Part shown: piece by piece, positions 1 to 12,300 of the stretch
Layout of the letters: every line of letters starts with the position of its first letter
Position numbering within the stretch: position 1 is the first letter of the stretch
Origin: Camelus ferus
Taxonomy: Eukaryota
DNA: 64,000 nt
Assembly: GCF_009834535.1 (NCBI RefSeq)
Contig: NC_045699.1
Coordinates: forward strand, 43,214,001-43,278,000
Direction of reading: 5' to 3'
Made by a program: the position numbers and the translations under genes
The notes under the pieces: generated by a model
What the model was told of the DNA's origin: nothing
Databases searched by the model: none
Seen by the model: only the letters and a program-made list of their open reading frames with translations

Positions 1-125
1 TGCCTAGCGTAGCATCAGGTATAGAGTTGGCACTTGATAAACATTTGCTGGGAGATTTTTTTTGTGCACCAGGTTCAGGATGCACAAAGATACTATGTGG
101 ATCTAGTGAAATTCATGGTCTAGTG

Positions 126-1495
126 GGGCAATTCTCAAAGTTTTTGGTCTTAGAACCCCTTACACATTTAAGAACTAAGAATGGGGTTTGAAATCCAAAA
201 AGCTTTTGTTGGAGTGGGTTATATCTATCAACACTTACCATATTAAAATGGAAACTGAGAAAAAATTTAAATATTTATTAATTCATTAAAAATGACAGAA
301 ACAAACCCATTATACATTACCATGTTAACATTTTTAATGAAAAATAACTATATTCACCTCCCCAAATTAGAGCATGGTAGTGATTTTACATTTTTGCAAA
401 TCTCTTTAATATCTGGCTTAATAGAGGACAGCTGGGTTCTCAAAATCTACGTGTGCTTTCAGTCTGTTGCTATGTGTTGGTTTGTTTGAGGTATTATACA
501 GGAAGAAAATCTAGTCTCACACAGGTAATTGGAAAAGAAAACAGTATACTGCTGACCCTTGAACAAGGCAGGGTCTGTGAAGTTGAAAATCTGTAACTTA
601 TAGTCAGCCTTCTGTATGCATGGCTCTTCCGTATGCCTGTCTATATCACGCTTCGTTTGGCTTTTCTACCCAGGGATAATTTTGTAACATCATGCATCAA
701 TCATTCAGAAAATATTGATTCACTGAGCTATGAGATATTCCAAATGTCAACACGTTTCATTATATATTATTAAAAGAATCATGATGGTTTCAACAGAAAA
801 GTTGAAGTTTCGGGAAGCTGTAAAGCTCATAGTGGCAGATACAAGTTGGCGAAAATTCTAATTTTCACTTGAAAGCTCACATTGTATCATTGGCAACAAA
901 TGCTGTCAGGTTCTTCCCTGAAGTGACAGACTCTGTTCCTTTTTGAGAAAAGATCTGCGGATACCCAAGTCTGATAACCATGGTTTGTGTGTTTGTCATT
1001 CCTCCAAGTAAATGTGTCGCTCCATGAAAAAGCAGCTTGTTCAGCTCACAACTCAAAGCACCATCTAAGTGCTTTCCTTGAGACACCATCACACTTCAGT
1101 GGACAGCAGAAGTGTGCCATGCATTCTTCCCAGTTCATCACACAGAATAGTGAAAAGACTTGTTACTAAAGGGTTAAGATTTAATAAAGCTAGTAATTTT
1201 TTTTACTGCTTCATCGAGAACATTCTTAAGTGAAGCCAGCATTTACTTCTTAAATTGCTAGTGTGTGGTGGTGAAGACTACAATGACTGAATACAGTTTG
1301 GGCCACAGCCTTGATTTGTACTAAGGCACTTTTACCCACTAATGTTTTCACACTGTCAGTGCAAATATTGACACTGTGAAAAAGGAAAATAATGTCTTAG
1401 TACTATTATGAAAATGACCTTGACCTTATGGACCCCTGAAGGCTCTTGGGAACCTCCAGGGCACTGAAGAGCCAACCGCATTTTAAGAACTGCTG
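126..1495 (-). mobile_element. Near full-length hAT-Charlie (Charlie1a-like) DNA transposon relic with 8-bp TSD
   Basis: Ends gggcaattctcaaag (126) and ttttaagaactgctg (1495) resemble the Charlie TIR CAGCGGTTCTCAAA. The flanks gtctagtg (118-125) and gtctaatg (1496-1503) match 7/8, consistent with a TSD. Minus-strand ORF 877-1092 (RLGYPQIFSQ...GKNLTAFVAND) resembles decayed Charlie/Buster transposase. Family name is from recalled consensus, not a search. Confidence 0.85.
549..636 (+). mobile_element. Tigger1a-like (TcMar-Tigger) fragment nested in the Charlie element
   Basis: TA followed by ctgctgacccttgaacaa...gttgaaaatctg..taacttatagtcagccttctgtatgc resembles the left end of Tigger1/Tigger1a as recalled. 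It interrupts the Charlie-like sequence. Confidence 0.55.
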
Positions 1496-2872
1496 GTCTA
1501 ATGGGTATTCGAAGAAGGCTCCCAGCTCCCCAAGGCATCACTAGCAAGAGGTCCGTGATTGGTCACAGTTCCTGAGGACATGGCAGGGAAGTGGTAGCAG
1601 GAGTAAGCAGCTGTCTTGGGCTTAAAGCTGGAGGCGTTCAAACAGTCTGGACTACCACTTGTTGGGGAAGCTGTAAAAGGATTTGATCTCTAAAGTCCTC
1701 AATGATGCTAGGACATTGAATCTGGGGTTGGAGGCCACAGCAGTATGTACTGGAGTTGCCAGCCTGAGTCAGAGGTGATAGTACATCTCTTTTCCCATGC
1801 TAGGCATAGACATGGCTTAGTAAATATTGAAAAAATTAACCACAGGTGACAGGAATGATGGTAGAAAATTGGCACCTTCCCTAACAGACTGCCCTGGGGA
1901 GGACAAAGTAATTCTGTCTACTTTAAACTCACTCTAATGGGGTGGGAGTAGCAGATGTCATGACTTCAAGGTGACGGAAGGTGACAGAGTAGCAACAGAT
2001 GGGTATTGTTTGTGTTCTACTTGGAGGGAGAAGCAAGGAAATAACATACCAGGCCACAGGGCTGGTTAAAGAATCATGCATGAAAATAGTGGCAGATCTG
2101 AGAGGTCTGCCAGGTGGTCCACACAGCATGGGCAGAGGGCGTGAATGCAGGAGGAAGTGGAAGCACACAGCCCCTGCCTCCCTGACCACCTTCCTCCACT
2201 CTACCTCCAAGTAAGCAGGGCGGCTGGAACAAGGCTGCCAGCACCTGCCTGGCCACTAGGGGGCGCACTGGCCCCCTGACTATTTGGCCTCACACCTCAG
2301 TTCTTTTTCTCCTAGTGCTGTTCTAGGCAGGAGTAGCAGCAAGGGGCAGGGGGCTAGAAGTGCCCAACCTGGTCAACAGTGGACCCTACCAGAGGGAGCA
2401 CAGGTTGGACTTTTGCTTGTTAACTGCCTCGACCAAATCTGTGGCCACAGTTCTCTTAGGCTCAGACACTTGGATCCATAGGCTTACTATTTTCAGTAAA
2501 GCTGCTTTTGAAAATTTGGATTTGGCCAGGGACTGGATTTGTTCACATACCCTGAGTAGTGATGAAGAACACAGTGTCCTGGTAGCCACAAAGAGCACTG
2601 GCAGCTGCTGTCCCAGCAACAGAAGAATGACACTTGGTGAGGCGTAGGTGCTGGCTAGTGAGCTAGGGGATGACAGAAGTATGGCTTCTTGGGGACAGTG
2701 TCCCAACTAGGATGACTTTAGGGATCTGGGTGCAAGTAGGAGGAAGGGGCCCCTCCATCTCAGAGCCAGATCAAGCAGGGTAACAGAACTCAGTCCCATT
2801 CTCTCCTCCACAGCCCTGGGGAACTCTCCCACCTCCTCATGAAGCCAGGCGGAGGCTGCAGGCAGAATCACC

Positions 2873-2878
2873 TTTATT
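2873..2878 (-). terminator. TLN1 polyadenylation signal AATAAA
   Basis: Plus-strand tttatt, about 420 nt downstream of the TLN1 stop codon (3301-3303). Confidence 0.8.
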
Positions 2879-3300
2879 GGAGTATGGCCTGTTGGGGCTT
2901 ACACCCTCATGACCCCCACAGGTGGGTGGGGATGGGGGTAGATAGTATAAAAAAGGATGAGTAGAGCGGAGGCTGTGGGGACTGGCTGGAAGCTGCTGGC
3001 CGGGTGCAGCGGGCTGGGGCCCTGGCAGGTTCAGACTGAGGTACAGCAGCGTTAATAATACTCTTGGAGCGTTAATACTCTGGGAGGGGTAGGCACTTCG
3101 GGGGCCCTAGGGCATGAAGGCACTTGGAGTCAGGAAGGGACAGGGGATGTGCAGCAGGACTGGGCAGGGCCAGGCCCGGGGTTTGGCAGGCACTTTGGGG
3201 AGTACTGGGGTTGGGCAGGCTGGGCCCGACAGCCCAGAAGGCTTTGGTAGTGGCAGGCACAGTCTCTGGGCTGGGTCTGCGTTAAATAGAAGCGGCTGCC

Positions 3301-6300
3301 CTAGTGCTCATCTCGAAGCTCTGAAGGCAGAAACTTGTACTGCTGCTGCCGGATCTGCGCCAACTTCTTCCGTGCCTCTTCCAGCTCTCGTTCCTTCCGA
3401 AGCATCTCTTCCTGGGCGGCAATGATCTGAGGGACGGAGACAGGGAACTCAGTTCAGTGAGCACGTGCATTAGGGTTTAGGGTGGGTGGGACCAGCACGG
3501 GCTTTGTGACTGCCCTGCTGATGTGTCCCTCAGAGTGTCTGGGGCAGAGCTCACCTGGGCAATGCCCCCAACCATCTTCTCCTTCACTACCACTGTCTCA
3601 TTCTCCTGGTCTTCAAAGGCTGCAGCCTTTTGTGCTGCCTTCACCAGGTTATCCGAGGCTCGCTTCACTGCGTTGCCAGCAGCCTGGGCAGAGAGAAGGC
3701 AGCATGAATTCAGAATCCAGGTTGGGCCCCAGCTGAGAGAGTCCCTCGACTCTGTCACAGAAAGCTTGTCTTGGGGGTGACAGTTTAAAGCAGTACAGCT
3801 CGAGGTACAATGGATGGGTCAGAATTCCTCACCTGAAGCCGTTTCATTGCCTCAGAGTCCTGGTCAGCCTTGACTTTGCAGGCCACGAGGAGCTGGGCTG
3901 TGGAGGCAGCGACCTGCTTGGCTGATGAGATGAGCTTCTCCTGGCTGGCATGGCCTTGTACAGCTGCATTGGCTGCCTCACACAGATTGTTGGTGGCTGC
4001 AGCCACCATCCGAGCCTAAAGCAGGGAGATTAGATTAAAATACGCCTCTTGCCCTGGTCCATGCCCTCTCCAGCCTTCTCAAGTCTCTTAAGCTCAGAGG
4101 CATCTAGCGGAAGTTGTACACTCACAGCAGAAATAAGGCCCTGGGACCACTGCCCATCATCCAGTGCATTGGCTGGAATGGCGCCCACCTGCGGAGGAAG
4201 GAGGGGAGCCTGCTTAGACCTGTGCTCTCTGCAGGTCCTAAGAGCCTCCTGGCGACAATACAAAGCTGCTCCTCTCCCCATTCTTCTGGGTATCTTAAGT
4301 CCTTACCTTCCCTTGGGCCACCAGTTCCCTCTGGGCAGCTGATGCAGCCTTCACCAGGGCACTGGTGGCTGCGGCAATGGATTTGGCAGCTTCCAATATC
4401 TGCTCCTCAAAGTTCAAGGATTCGTCTGCCTCCTGCAAAGAAGACACAAAGGTTGCAGAGACAGATGTGAAGTAAAAGGGGCTGGAGGTGGTGACGTTCT
4501 GCCATTCTGAGGGTAGGGAAAAGGGAGGGAGCAGGACTGACCTTGGGTTTGGCCCGGGGCTTCAGCTGCTCCAGCTTTTTGGCAGCAGCCTCAATGGCAG
4601 CCGCAGCTCCCAGCAGCTCATTTTCAGCGATGACTGTGGGGTCCTCTGGGTCCACCCATTCTGTTCCTGGGGGGAGGGAGGGGGGAAGGAGGGGGCTAAG
4701 GCAGAGCAGGGAGGTCAGGAGCACTGGGCAGCATGGTTATGATCACCAGGGCCCTGGCACCTGTGGGGACTGCGAGCAGAGGCGAGCTCAGGGCAGATAA
4801 CCCAGAAGCAGAGACTTCCCCAGGACAAGGGTTTCCCTTCCCTTCCCTCCCTGCCCTGGTCCCTCCTCACCCTTCATGGCCTCAGCAGCCTGGATTAGCT
4901 CAGTGACTGAACCAGCCACACGCTTTGAGTGACCTGTCAATTGCTGCTTCAACTCTGGGCTTGGCTTCTGCAGGGTCTGGGGAAGACGGGAAGGGAGCAG
5001 AGGGCATCAGGCCTTAGCTTCTACCTTGATCTCTGAAATAATAGGGCAGACTACAGTCCCCTGCCGACCCCATCCCTGGACTACTCCAGAACACAGCCTC
5101 AAACACCACATGGCCTATGCCAGTGCACTCGGGTATCACACTGCACGCATGGGAAGACAGCGGGGCTGTATGTCACTCACCGGCTGACAATGAGTAAGGA
5201 GTATGATGAAATGAGAAGAAAGAGATGACAAAGGAGAGAAGTAGGAGGTCAGGTGGGAAGAGAGGAGATAAGAAAAAGAGGAAGAGGTGAGTGGGAGAAC
5301 CAAAGATGCTACGAATGATGGGGCCCCAGTGAAAGGGAGGCTGGGAAATAAGAACAGATCGGGGAATAGATGGTGGGGTAGGGAGATCTGAACCAAATAT
5401 CAGAGAGCTGGGTCTGAGGCTTATGGGAGAGGACTGTATATTCAGGAAGGCTGGTATGAGGAGCAGACAACTCCTGCCTTACCAGCAGCACATGGTCCAG
5501 CAGTTCCAGGTAGCCATTGGCACACTCCCGGCCATAGTGCAGTGCTCGAAGCCGCACATCAGGGGCCACTTCTGGGTGGTAGGCTGCTTCCTATACACAG
5601 AGAAACATGTTAGCCGGAGGACCCCAAAGAGCTCCCAGTCCCCCAAGCCCCTCAGTTTCTCCCTACCATGTTCTACCCTAAAGCTGCCTCAAGGCCTCAA
5701 ACTTCTGCCTCACCACCAGTACTTCTACCTTGCAAGCCCGAAGCATATCTGCAATAGCACGACGACTTAGATTTGCTGTGGCAATGACATCTTCCTGGCG
5801 GCAGGAGTTCCCGGCAGCAACGGCCTTGGCTGTTGCCATGGTGATACCCTTGGTCATGCGGATGAAGTCTTCTGGGGTAGAGGTCTTGGCAGGTGGCTCT
5901 GGGGAACAGAAGACCTGTTGCGGCAGAAGAAGAAAAATTCCACAGTGAGTGAGGCTGTAACACAGTGCAGCACTCGTGTGATTTGGTTCACTCGTCCGTA
6001 AGTTCATTCAACAAGCATTCACTAGTGAATTTATTGTAGGTGAAGGGTTTGGAGAAGTTCACACATTGACAGGTAATATAAAAGAAGGTAGCTGGTCATC
6101 ATTTCTGACTGCAGTGATTGGGGAAAGTTTATTTGTTTGAAATTAAAGAAGTAACTTTGAACTGCGTTTTTATTCCTAAACTATAGAGAAGCCTTGATGG
6201 GGTGAGTGGTGAAGGTGGGGCAAGGATCTGGGTCTTAAGAGATACAGGTAACAGGAAGGCATTTTACGTAAGTGGTAGAGTGTGAATAACCAGGATGTCA

Positions 6301-9300
6301 AGTGCGAGAGTATCAAGGAATGTTCTAGAATATGGAGATGGTGGCGAAGAGGTTGTTGGGGCCTTGAATATCAGAAAAAGGAAGTTAGAATTTTACATAA
6401 TATGTAAAAGTCATAAAAACATTTTGATGTTTGTATTCATCCAACAAATCACTAAAGATCAGCTAGGTGGCAGATTCTATGTGAGGTGCTGTGATGCGAT
6501 GGGGAGTAAGGTAGGCAAGGTCCTTGTTCTCATGGACCTTACATCCTGGTTTTGGATACAGACAATAATTAGGTAAAGGTGCAAAAAAGGAGACTGATCT
6601 GGGCTGTAAAGGAAAAAGGCAATGCTGTGATGAGAAAGAAAAAGGAAGTCCTTTCTCAGAAAGGTGGTCAGGGAAGGACTCTGAGGAGAGGATGTTTAAG
6701 CTGAGGTCTAAAGGATTAGGAGGAGCCAGATGTTCAAAAAGCTGCAAGAGAGCAAGTGCAGGGGCCGGCAGTGGGCGAGAGCTGAGAGTGCAGGGGGCCT
6801 GGAAAGGGAGGAGAGCAGGATAAGGAGACCCTGGGGAAGTGGGCAGGGGCCGTGGGGCCTGCAAGGCCGTGTAAGGAGGGTGGATTTTACGCCAGATGCC
6901 AGGACAGCCACTCAAGGGCTGTAAGCACTGAAGTAACATAATCTACTTTATATTTTTAAAGGATTATTCTGAGTACTATGTAGGGAGAATGGATTGGAGG
7001 GGGTGAGTGTGGAAGCAGGGAGTTAGTTAGATGCTATCACATAAACACAGCTAAGGACTGCTGATGGTCTGGATAAGGCCGTGGTGGCAGAGATGGGGAA
7101 AAGAGAAAATGAGGTCTATCTGGAGGGAGCACTATAAGAACTGCTGATGGGCTTGGGTGTGGGGAACCAGAGAGCAGTTAAAGCTGGGTTTCTGGCTTTA
7201 GGAACTGAGTTACTAAAAAGTGCCATTTACTAAGATGGGAAAGATGAGGGAATGATCAGGTATGGGAGGCAGAAAGTTAGGAGTTTCAATTTGGACATTT
7301 CCAAGGGGAGATGAAAACAGATCAGAAAGATGAATTCAGAAGTAGGAAAGATGAACGTGATAGAGACTGAAAGCAGGGAGACCAGGTAGAAAACCATCAA
7401 AGCGAGGGAGAGCTGACAGTGGAATGGGAGAGGAGGGGGGTTGGGGGGACCTGGCAACGGCCTGCATGTGGTGAGTAAGACAGTAAAGTCAAAGGTGACA
7501 GAAGGGGAATCAATCATTAACCTTCAATTGTCAGTGAGGAGCAGCAGTCAGGAAGAACAGCTGGCTGCATCTCCATGTTGATGTCAAATAGGGAGTTGAA
7601 AACAACTAAACTCAGAACTGGAAGTGAACTTGTTAGAGAACAATGACAGTGGTTGAAATGCCAAGGAGGAAGACAGAATAGGAAGGCGATTTGTGCAATT
7701 CTGGGAAGGCCTCTAGGCCTGTGTGCATTTACTCGGTTGAAGGTGATTCAGTGATGACATAGAAGAGATGTGAGAGGCAAGAGAAAAGCCAGTGTCAAGA
7801 AGGCCAAAGAAAGAAAGGCTTTCAAAGAGAGGCTGGTTAAGACAGTCAACTGCTTTGGAGATGTCTAAAACAGATGAAGGCCAAGAAGTGGCCACTGAAT
7901 ATGGCAACTAAGAGACCACTGGTGACTGGAGAAAATGGGAGAACAAAAGGTAGGTAGGTGTCAAATGCTAGGGAGTAAACAGGCGAGGAGGGGAAGACAT
8001 GAGTGCGGTTGAGTAAGAAGCCTGGTGGTGAGCGAAGAGAATGAGGGAGTGAGTGTGTCGCTGTGAGTGTAGGTGTGGCACAGGTTTACAACCAGTCATG
8101 ATGCCACTCTCTGACCCAAGTCCCCGATGCCCCAGACTCGCGCTCACCGCCAGTTCCTGCCGTATGTGTTCCGTGGTTGCCTCCAGGGCCCGTGTGCCCT
8201 TGGTGGCCTCATCCTCCACAGCTTTCACTGTCTTGAGCAATGATGTCACATTGGTCACCATCACCTGGGGGCATCAAAGGAACGGGGTAGGGATCACTTT
8301 AAAGAACGGGAAAAAGCACCTTGATCCACCTCCTCTCCTCAGGCTGTTCTCATTCCTCCGACCTTGGCAGAGTTCTTGAGCTGCCACACAGCAGGGTCAT
8401 CCCCGACTTTGCCAGCTGCAGCCTTTGTTGCACTGATGAGGTCTCCCAGGGCCTTGGCCACATCTTTCACTGCATTGATCAGCACCACCTGTGTGGGACA
8501 GCAGAGGCTCTGGTCTGTGGGAAGGAAAGGAGGAACAGGAAGTGGTTCCGGCCAGAATTAAGGGTGTCAGGTGGATACCTGGGTCTCAGGGTCCTCGGCT
8601 CCCAGGCTGGCTGCACCCAGCTTGACCACGTCAGCGAGGCGAGTGATGGTGGCCACAGAGGACTGGGCAGCCTGTGCCAGCTTCTCCTGGCTCCCAGCTG
8701 CATTCTGCACCAGGACCTTGGTGTCCTCCACCAGCACCTTTGCAGTCTTCAGAATGCCCTCCCTGAGAGACGGCCCGGCCCAATCAGCTCTTCTCATGCT
8801 TCCCCCAACCCCTCCAGCCTCTTCTGGCCCCATACCCAACCCTGCCTCCGTGAGGCCCAGGTCCCCCCTCACCGGTGGTCCGCAAAAGTTTCAGCACCCT
8901 CGCGATTGAGCGTGCCGGCGGTAGCGAACATGATGGTGGTGTCGAGGTCAGCGATGATGCCCGACACAGCACTGGCGGCTGTGATGCAGGCCTGGGTGCC
9001 ACGATTCCCGGCCTGGAGTGCAGCCAGCACGTGGGAGACCTGGGGGAGGAAAGTCACGTGGTGACTGTGGTAGGTGCCCCGTGGAAGGGATAGGTCACCA
9101 GTGCCTGAGAGAAGGGACAGAGAGGGCTGGGAAGGTTGGAGGGGAACATGAAAGGCTGCAGGGTTGGGGAGCCTGGCCCCGGTCCGCAGGGATGAGCACA
9201 GTCACCTTCTCGGAGACTCTTCGTGCACACTCTATCAGCTCCTTCTTGGTATAAGCGTCACTGGGGCTGCACTGCAGGGCGCCTGCCTTGGTGACCAGAG

Positions 9301-12300
9301 CAGCACAGCCGTGCCCCAGCTCCTGTACCCGGTGCTTGATGTGGGCACCTATCTGTGAGCAGATGGAAAAGGGAGATGGATTTTACAAGAGGCACTCACG
9401 TCCCTCCACTGTGCTTGAGGAGTCACTAGAGACCTAAAGCAACATGTACTGCAGACTAAAGGGGTTGTGAGAAAAGTGCCCAGCATGTAGACTCATCCTG
9501 TTTCACAGCCTTTAGTCAGGAGGTCACTTCCCACACATGGAAATGATAGCCTGTGGGCACCAGCTGTGCTAAGCAGAGTGAGGAGGAGGGGGAGAAGCGC
9601 TTCATGCTGGGTGTTTGAATCAGAGGCCATGGATTACAATTTGGCCTGTGTGTGGCTGTGGAGGGGCTTGGGGTTGGGGATTAAGTGAGTCATGTGAAGA
9701 TCCAATTACTGGCTTTCTTGGAAAGCCAGGAGTTTAGGGAAGGAAGAGCTTCAGGGATTTGCAAGAAGAAAGAACTAAGAAGGGAATATAGACTGCAGCA
9801 CAGCAGAGCAGCAGCCACAGGCCCAGAGGAAGGGCAGCAGAGGATACGGCGGCAGACCAGGAAATCTCTAGGTCCTGGGCTGTCTCCTTTGTCCCTGTGC
9901 CTGAAGGCTTTGATGCCACCCCTACACAGAACTCTGATCACTCTTTCGTGGAGTGGCCCTGAGGATGAACTCCCCCTTCTATGAAAGACCAGAGGGGGCA
10001 AGGATGGGACAGCCGAAGAGACTGACATGATGGGACAGGGGGCACACCACTGGGATGTTCTGTGAGGGGCAGGGGGGAGGTCAGAACTGCCTCCAAGTTA
10101 CCTCTTCATTTTCAGCAGCTACAGCTGCGGGCTTGGCCTGTGAGGCCAGACGACCATAGTCACTGGTCAGCTGGTTTGCGAGAGGGCCCAGCTCCTCAGG
10201 GCTGGTGTTTGACTTAGTTACCTGGTGATAGTGGAAAAAGGGGAGTTATGTCCAAACTCAACTCTCCAATGGCAGTCCTCTTAAAACTCTCCCAAACTCA
10301 CCATCTCCTGAACGGTAACAGCAATGGCCTTGGCTGTCCGCACCATAGTTGTCTGGTAATCCACAAAGGAACCTTCTGGTTCACCCATTGGTCCTTCATC
10401 TAGCTGAGGGAGGAGGATGAGGGAAGGGAAAAGATTGTTGGTCCCTGCCACTGGGCTCAGGGACCTGGCCTGCGGTCGGCTCTGTCCACAGGCACCCCGG
10501 GTCTCTCACCTGGTTGATGGCCTGCGTGATGGAGTCCACCATGCCGCCGACAACCCCAGCAGCACTGGCTGCCTCGTTGAGGGTGGTTGTTAGGTCTTCC
10601 ACGGCCTCTGTCATCATCTGCACGGCCTCCTCCAGGGCTTCCTGGGTGTGAGCTGCTTGCTGTGGGGCACAGTGAATGAGGGGGGGCCCCGCTGTTCCTG
10701 CATCTCCGACTTCTTATAGCAGCCGCCTCGCACCCTAGCCCTCAGTACCTTGGGGTTACCGCCAGCCTCCTTGGCTGTGTACAGCAACTGCAGGGCAGAC
10801 TCGGCCAAGGTTTTAGTCTGGTCCAGGAGCGCCATCTGCTGTGGGTGGCTCAGGGTCTTGGAGGCAGCACCCACGGCAGCCAGGGTGAGTGGCTCAAAGT
10901 ATTGGGCCATCTGGGACACCTGAGGCAGGGGGTTGGACTAGGGGTCAGCTGGGCCAAGTACCCTTGTTCATCCTGCCTCGGACTCCCCATTTGTCTCCCC
11001 AGATACCTTGTGTCCCAGCTGGGAGGCTTCAGCCCGGGCAGCACTGGCCAGCGGCTCAATAAGATGGGAGATCTCCTGCACCGCAGTGAGCATCTGGGTG
11101 TGCAGGGCCTGGGGAGGAAGTGAAATTTAGCCCTGACTATGACCTGTGATGGGACCCTCCAGTTGCACAGGACCCTACTCTTCTCATATCCAACTATCCC
11201 GCCAACCCCCGGCATGTTTCATACCCTCGATGTCTCTAGGAAGCCCACTCCCAGATCGCCCATCCTCCTTAAGCCTGTCAGCCCTCCTCCCAGACACACG
11301 CTTTCATAGGACCCTCTTCCCCCTTACCTCTTGAGAGATACCCTCACGGGGAGCAAGCTGCTGGCTGACTGCAGCGAGGGAAGCCTGGTCCAGGTCCCGC
11401 AGACAGCTGTTCAGAGCTGCAATGGCTGTCTCACACTCTAGCTGCCCTGGAGCCTTGTCCCTGCAGACACATCACAGGCTTCAGCACGAAGAACATCCCT
11501 TGAATACAAGGCTAGCCTACCTTTTCCCCTGCACCCACCAAATCTTGGCCAACAGGTGTCCTCTAACACTGTCCCATCTCATTGCACGTAAGTGCCCACC
11601 CCTCCATTCTGCCACAGCGTATGTCCCCCAGTCACACTGGTTCTCTACCTGACCCCCATACCTCATGCTTGTAATGAGCTTCTTGATAGAGTCGGAGACA
11701 GTACGGGAGTGGCCAGCCAACACTGACCAGCGCGGGGGGTCCCGGGGATTGACCGCCAGGGCCCGGGCTGTCTGGATTAGGCCCCCGGCACTCTCCAACA
11801 TTGTCTTCGCAGAGATCACAATGGGTTCCATAGCAGCCCGGCCCTGGAGAGAAGGGAGGCAGGGAGGTGAGTCTCAAGACTCCAGGAAGATGAGGTGGCA
11901 GCCACCCCATCAGTTCTTCCTTCACATTGCCTCACCTCAGGGCTGATCTGGGCAGGAACACTGGAGAACTCAGGGTTGGATGCAAAGGCACTCAGATTGT
12001 CCACAGCCTCCAGCAGAGGGGCGGTTGCTGCTCGGCACTGGGCACGGTTCTCCTCTGTGAAGGCCCCGTCTAGTGCCTGAAGTGGGAATGACACAGAGGC
12101 CCTCAGGACGGACTGTAGGCAAAGGCAGCGAAGCCCAGGTCTCCCTCCTGAGCTTAAAGGTTAAAGGGTGTGGGGAGAGGGTGGTGATGACCAGCGTGGA
12201 TAGGAAAGGGCTTGGGCTCAGGCAGTGGGATTTGGTAGAAGGCCTCAGGGAGTGACAGGGAAGGTCAGGGGAGAGAAGACTAGACAGGTCGGGGAGAGAA

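Noticed and set aside
61-88. Inverted repeat tttgtgca-N12-tgcacaaa
   Set aside because: An 8-bp stem is short enough to be chance or an old MITE remnant, with no supporting context.
5200-5345. Purine-rich GA tract in TLN1 intron 50, and the CT-rich tract at about 27900-28030
   Set aside because: Ordinary low-complexity intronic sequence with no mirror symmetry or periodicity that I could establish.
8321-9064. 247-aa plus-strand ORF, and similar long antisense ORFs over TLN1 such as 20113-20820
   Set aside because: These are antisense shadows of GC-rich, Ala/Leu-rich talin exons joined by short introns. They show no recognisable domain or independent splice structure.
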